Source: Anthoceros angustus
Taxonomy: Eukaryota > Plantae > Anthocerotophyta
Length of the DNA: 64,000 bases
Reading direction: 5' to 3'
NCBI GenBank assembly: GCA_010909165.1
Contig: VJWM01000126.1
Location: 496,001 to 560,000, forward strand
Within the stretch, counting starts at the first letter, position 1. Each line of letters opens with the position of its first letter. This document shows positions 59,001 through 64,000 of this stretch, in pieces. The notes under the pieces were generated by a model. It worked only from the letters and a program-made list of their open reading frames with translations. It was not told the DNA's origin and did not search any database. A program made the position numbers and the translations under genes.

Positions 59001-62000
59001 TTGACGAGAGGTGGAACGCCTCCGGCTCCGAACGGAGGAGAATGGCGGCGGTGCAAGGAGTTCGGCGTCGCAAGGTTGCGGCGGGATGTGGCGGAAGCCG
59101 AGTCGGACGGGGATCTGGCCGCTGGAGAAGGAAGTGGAGGACCTCGGGAAAGAATAGCGAAGGGAAAGCCTTTGGAGGAAAAGTCGGTTGCTCGTCCGGC
59201 CAGGAAGGTAGGAGCTCACCCATGGCCCGCATCATGAGCCGAACAACGACGGAGGAGGAGAACGCCAGCCAAGGTTGCAAGAGGTAACTGAGGCAGCCTT
59301 GACGGCCTCAAGAGTCCGCCTACACTGTAAGCTTGGCCACGGAGACAAAGGCCAGGCCGGGCGATCCGCCACGAGCACCTGAGGAGGGAGTACCGTGCCC
59401 GGCTCATGTGGAGGAGGCGATTCCAAGTCGATTCCGACCGCCTACTACCACGCAGAGCTCCTCAAGGCTCGAGGTCCCGCGCCACCCCAGGCAGGAGGTG
59501 GACTCCAAGGGATGGAAGGAGGAGCGAGAGGACGGACCCGGGACAACCGCTGGAGAAGGAAGTGGAGGACCTCGGGAAAGAATAGCGAAGGGAAAGCCTT
59601 TGGAGGAAAAGTCGGTTGCTCGTCCGGTTGCGAGGCGAAGGGAGCTCGGCTCCATGGCCCATGGCGGCGGGAACAACAGGAGGAGGAGAGCGTCGGCGGC
59701 GAAGGTTGCAAGGTAGCAGGCGGCCTTGGCGGCCTCAAAGTCCGCCCGCTCGGTGGTAAGCAGCCCGCGAGGCAGGCCCGGCGATCTGCTCGATTCTGGA
59801 GCACCTGGAGGAGGAGAATGCGGGTGCTCGGGCTCATGTGGAGGCGATTGAGTCGATTCCGACCGCCTACTACCGAGCTCCTCAAGGCTCTGGAGGTCTG
59901 CGCCACCCTAGGCGGGAGGTGGACTTCGGAAGGATGGAAGGAGGCGAGAGGGCGGACCGGGGCAGCCTGGCGGAGTCCTAGGAGCGCTGCTTGACGACGG
60001 CAGCAAGCAAGGAGAGCCGGAGGAACCGGAGGAGGAAGGGGCGCCACACCGAGGTAAGCCCTCGGCACCCTCGCATGGAAGGACGAGGGAGGATCTTGAG
60101 AGGAAGGGTGCAACCGGGCATTCGGGAACCAAGGGAGGGCTCATGTGGAGGCGATTGACAAGTCGATTCCGACGCCTACTACCGAGCTCCTCAAGGCTGG
60201 AGGTCTGCGCCACCCTAGGCGGGAGGTGGACTTCGGAAGGATGGAAGGAGGAGGCGAGAGGGCGGACCGGGGGCAGCAACAGCAGGAGTCCTAGGGCTGT
60301 TTGGCAGCGGCAGCGGCGGGCGAGGCGGCGGAGGAGGAGGAGGGGCGCCACAGGAGGTAAGCCCTCGGCACCCTCGCATGGAAGGGGCGAGGAGGATCTT
60401 GAAGGGAAGGGTGCAACCGGGCATTCGGGAACCAAGGGAGGCTCGTGGATGAACCCGTGGCTAGCCCGGAGGAGGCATGCCGAGCACGAGGTCGGACTTT
60501 GTCCTGACCCGAGGAAGGCCGATCCCGAGGTCCGCCTCAAGGAAGTCCGACTTAGGGATCCAGACTCAGTGAGTCCGACCCGAGGTCCGGACCCTGTGGA
60601 AGGGTTGGGTCCAAGACCGACCCCAGAGGCCCGGCCCCGAGGACCTGACTCAAAGAAGGCCGGACCTAGAGGTCCGGACCCCAGAGGGAAGACCTGACCC
60701 GAGGTCCGGACCGAGTCGAGACAGTGGTCCCGAGGTCCAAACTCGGGAGTGGGGAGAGCCACCACACCAACCCCAGCAGATCCAACCTTGAGGGCCCACG
60801 CAGGGCCCGCCAGAGAGAGAAGAGGGAGGACGAGGAAGACTTGGTGGTGACGCCGTTGTCGAGGCCGGACCCGGAGGCGGAGGACCTCTGCAGGCGGAGG
60901 AGGAAGGGTCCCGCCGATCATCCGATTGGGTGCATGACCGGAGGCTCGGCTTTGGGCCGCCGGTGCCAAGAAGGAATCAGGGGCTATCCACCACCACCGA
61001 CCACGCGATAGGTGAATAGGCAGGTAGTAGGCGGCCGGCGGACGAGCCAAGGAGGCTCGGTGAAGGTGGCCAGGAGGCGGAGGCCCAGGCCGATCGCGAT
61101 CACTGGGCGTGATCGGGCCGGTGGAGGAGGCGGAGAGGGAGGCGGCCAATCGAGCAAGTGGCGCGGGCAAGCAGTCGGCCGTGAGGAGGCTGGAGGCCGG
61201 CACCGGGAGATTGGGGACCTCGAGTGCAGTGCGGGAGGTAGAAGGGGCGGGCGGAGGCTGGAGGACAACAAGGACACCTTGGGTTGCAACTCCAAGATGC
61301 ATCAGGCGGCGGGGGTTCTCAGCGAGAATCCAAGACTTGACGAGAGGTGGCCTCCAGCTCCGGAAGACGGAGGAGAATGGCGGTGCAAGGAGTTCGGCGT
61401 CGCAAGGTTGCGGCGGGATGTGGCGGAAGCCGAGGAGTCGGACGGGGATCGGCCGCTGGAGAAGGAAGTGGAGGACCTCGGGAAAGAATAGCGAGGGAGA
61501 AAGCCTTTGGAGGAAGTGATTGCTCGTCCGGTTGCGAGGAAGCGGGGAGCTCGGCTCCATGGCAGGCGGGCTGGAACAGCAGGAGGAGGAGAGCGTCGGC
61601 GTGAAGGTTGCAAGAGGTAGGAGGCGGCCTTGGCCTCAAGAGTCCGCCCGCTCGGTGGCAAGCAGCAGGCAGGCGGCGGTGGCGATCTGCTCGATTCTGG
61701 AGCACCTGGAGGAGTGCGGTGCTCGGGCTCATGTGGAGGAGGCGATTGGGTCGATTCCGACCGCCTACTACTGTGAGCTCCTCAAGGCTGGAGGTCTGCG
61801 CCACCCTAGGCGGGAGGTGGACTTCGGAAGGATGGAAGGAGGAGGCGAGAGGGCGGACCGGGGGCAGCAACAGCAGGAGTCCTAGGGCTGTTTGGCAGCG
61901 GCAGCGGCGGGCGAGGCGGCGGGAGGAGGAGGAGGGGCGCCACAGGAGGTAAGCCCTCGGCACCCTCGCATGGAAGGGGCGAGGAGGATCTTGAAGGGAA

Positions 62001-64000
62001 GGGTGCAACCGGGCATTCGGGAACCAAGGGAGGCTCGGTGGATGAACCCGTGGCTAGCCCGGAGGAGGCATGCCGAGCACGAGGTCGGACTTTGTCCTGA
62101 CCCGAGGAAAGGCCGATCCCGAGGTCCGCCTCAAGGAAGTCCGACTTAGGGATCCAGACTCAGTGAGTCCGACCCGAGGTCCGGACCCTGTGGAAGGGTT
62201 GGGTCCAAGACCGACCCCAGAGGCCCGGCCCCGAGGACCTGACTCAAAGAAGGCCGGACCTAGAGGTCCGGACCCGGAGGAAGGCCGGACCTAGAGGTCC
62301 GGACCGAGTCGAGACAGTGGTCCCGAGGTCCAAACTCGGGAGTGGGGAGAGCCACCACACCAACCCCAGCAGATCCAACCTTGAGGGCCCACGCAGGGCC
62401 CGCCAGAGAGAGAAGAGGGAGGACGAGGAAGACTTGGTGGTGATCGTTGTCGGCCGCACCGCCGTGGCGCAGGCTGCACTGAAGAGGAAGGGTCCGCCTC
62501 GCGGATCATCCGATTGGGTGCATGACCGGAGGCTCGGCTTTGGGCCGCCGGTGCCAAGAAGGAATCAGGGGCTATCCACCACCACCGACCACGCGATAGG
62601 TGAATAGGCAGGTAGTAGGCGGCCGGTTAGGCACACCGAAATGGCCCTCACCGTAATAGAGGTGTAATAAAGGCGCCGACCTTCGAGTATAAGAGGGCTA
62701 AGGCCTAATAAATCATCTTTCTCTTGGTGTTGATGCGCGTTCTTGCGGACCTTTGTGTGTCTTCTTGCTAACGTGAGTCCCGAGTCACCGAAAGGTGCAC
62801 GGCTCCCGGGAGATTGATCGGTCCCGTGACGACCTAACGTGTTGTGGTGTGGAAGGGTGATCGGACCCGTGCTCGTCGGGCAGCGGCCCGGCAGACGTGG
62901 GCGTGTGGCCGGAGGAACTCGGGAGGCGTCTGAGCCGGAGGAACTCGGGAGGCGTCTGAGCCGGACGGAGAGGCCCGCGAACGACGAGGAGGTCCGACTG
63001 TAACCCGCGCTGCCTTTTCTAAGACCGATGAGTGTAGCGTGAGGGAGAGAGGAAAGGACCGGATGTGTGAGTGACGAATGTGAACGATACGGACGCGAAC
63101 GGGTCCTTAAACGCTTGGCCATACCGGCCCCAGACGGTGAACGCGAGTAGTTAGGAGTATGTGCGTGAGGCCGAACGAGCGCGGTAGGAATCACCAAACG
63201 TAAACGGAGCCTATCATTCCCCTTGGGAACGGACTTCTTCCTACAACGACACGGGATTGTGCGCTATAGCCATCACCGAAAGTCGCCACACTTCTCTCCG
63301 CACATTGTTCCTCCAAAACTTTATGTTATCGAGAAAAGCGCATCGTAATGGCATCCATAGTCCAAGGACCGGATATCAATCTGCAATGTTAGATTCCACA
63401 AGGAGTCTCGCACCCTCGAGTCTCATCCCAAAGCTTTGTACCAATGAATTGCAAAAAATCATGCTCAACACCGGTCTCTCATGTGCACCTGTGAATTGGT
63501 GTCACGCAGTGAATCACGGTAGAAAGCAATACTGACCATAGTTAGAATCTAACAATGAAACACTAACCACTCAAAGCTTGAACATCAAGCTTTGAATATT
63601 CTTGAACATCAAGCTCGAATATTCGAGCTTGAATATCGAGCTTGAATATTCGCTTGAACAAGATGCTTGAATATTCAGCTTGAATAACATGTGTGAATAT
63701 TCGTGGGCTTGAACAACATGTGTGAATATTCGTGCTTGAACAACATGCCCGAATATTCGAGCTAACACGCGATCTAAACAACAGCGATGACACACTCCTA
63801 TGGTACACTAGGAACTACCCGTAGGAAAACAAGATGGTGGCACTCGAATCTACTAGTGGAAAAGAGAACAGAAATTAAATCAACTTACTTGACACAGGAC
63901 ATATATCCTCTTCGGGAATATCATACTCCACATCAAAATTTCTTCGACACTTCACAGGATGAAGGACAAGTTTATCGACATCTTTTGCACAGCATGCGCC
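52905..64000 (-). pseudogene. TnpA-like gene, unit IV, split by the 53317-63290 insertion
   Basis: Sequence resumes at 63291 exactly as at the empty site in unit II (17355). Confidence 0.65.
53317..63290. mobile_element. 9974-bp GC-rich insertion with TGTGG...CCACA ends and 5-bp TSD CTTCT (integrase-type signature); coiled-coil ORF remnants; internal tandem duplications
   Basis: CTTCT at 53312-53316 and 63291-63295; single CTTCT at the empty site 17355-17359. Plus-strand remnants such as RLEKEVEDLRK and MVLLREQLEE. No gag/pol motifs or paired LTRs recognised. Confidence 0.85.

Larger units (their letters stand above)
1..64000. repeat. Head-to-tail tandem macro-array, about 4 units (I 1-13709, II 13710-27593, III 27594-47790, IV 47791->64000)
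   Basis: ATACAACTTTGAGCCTGCACAG recurs at 1, 13710, 27594, 47791 (and 49145 by local duplication); module order is the same in each unit. Confidence 0.95.

Noticed and set aside
59908-61560. 550-aa ORF and other long overlapping ORFs in 54-62 kb
   Set aside because: Low-complexity Pro/Ser/Leu translations of GC-rich duplicated DNA, crossing duplication junctions.

Overview
Plant nuclear DNA; the CRE-type retroelements and USE/TATA snRNA promoters suggest a non-seed land plant or streptophyte alga (inference). The window is a head-to-tail macro-array. The motif ATACAACTTTGAGCC recurs at 1, 13710, 27594 and 47791, giving units of ~13.7, 13.9, 20.2 and >16 kb. Unit order: degenerate beta-expansin (+); U2 snRNA type A with USE+TATA (-); one CACTA end with TTGTAAA subterminal repeats; 3' end of a CRE-like (RLE) non-LTR element with a (CTATTTA)n tail; TnpA/Transposase_24-like gene (-); CRE RT fragment (+); intron-containing Crypton/DUF3504-type tyrosine recombinase gene (+); U2 type B lacking the USE (-). 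Units I and II share a 504-bp deletion of the recombinase catalytic core and an LTR-less copia fragment. Unit III keeps the catalytic exons and a longer CRE, and has a private TIR insertion. Unit IV has a 9974-bp TG...CA insertion with a 5-bp TSD. From ~29 kb onward there are at least seven local tandem duplications with 7-9 bp junction microhomology. Indel noise between copies is high, so true pseudogenisation cannot always be told from consensus error. The best candidate for a new system is the plant Crypton-like recombinase inside an amplified unit carrying host genes. All protein family assignments are by-eye motif recognition; no database search was run.
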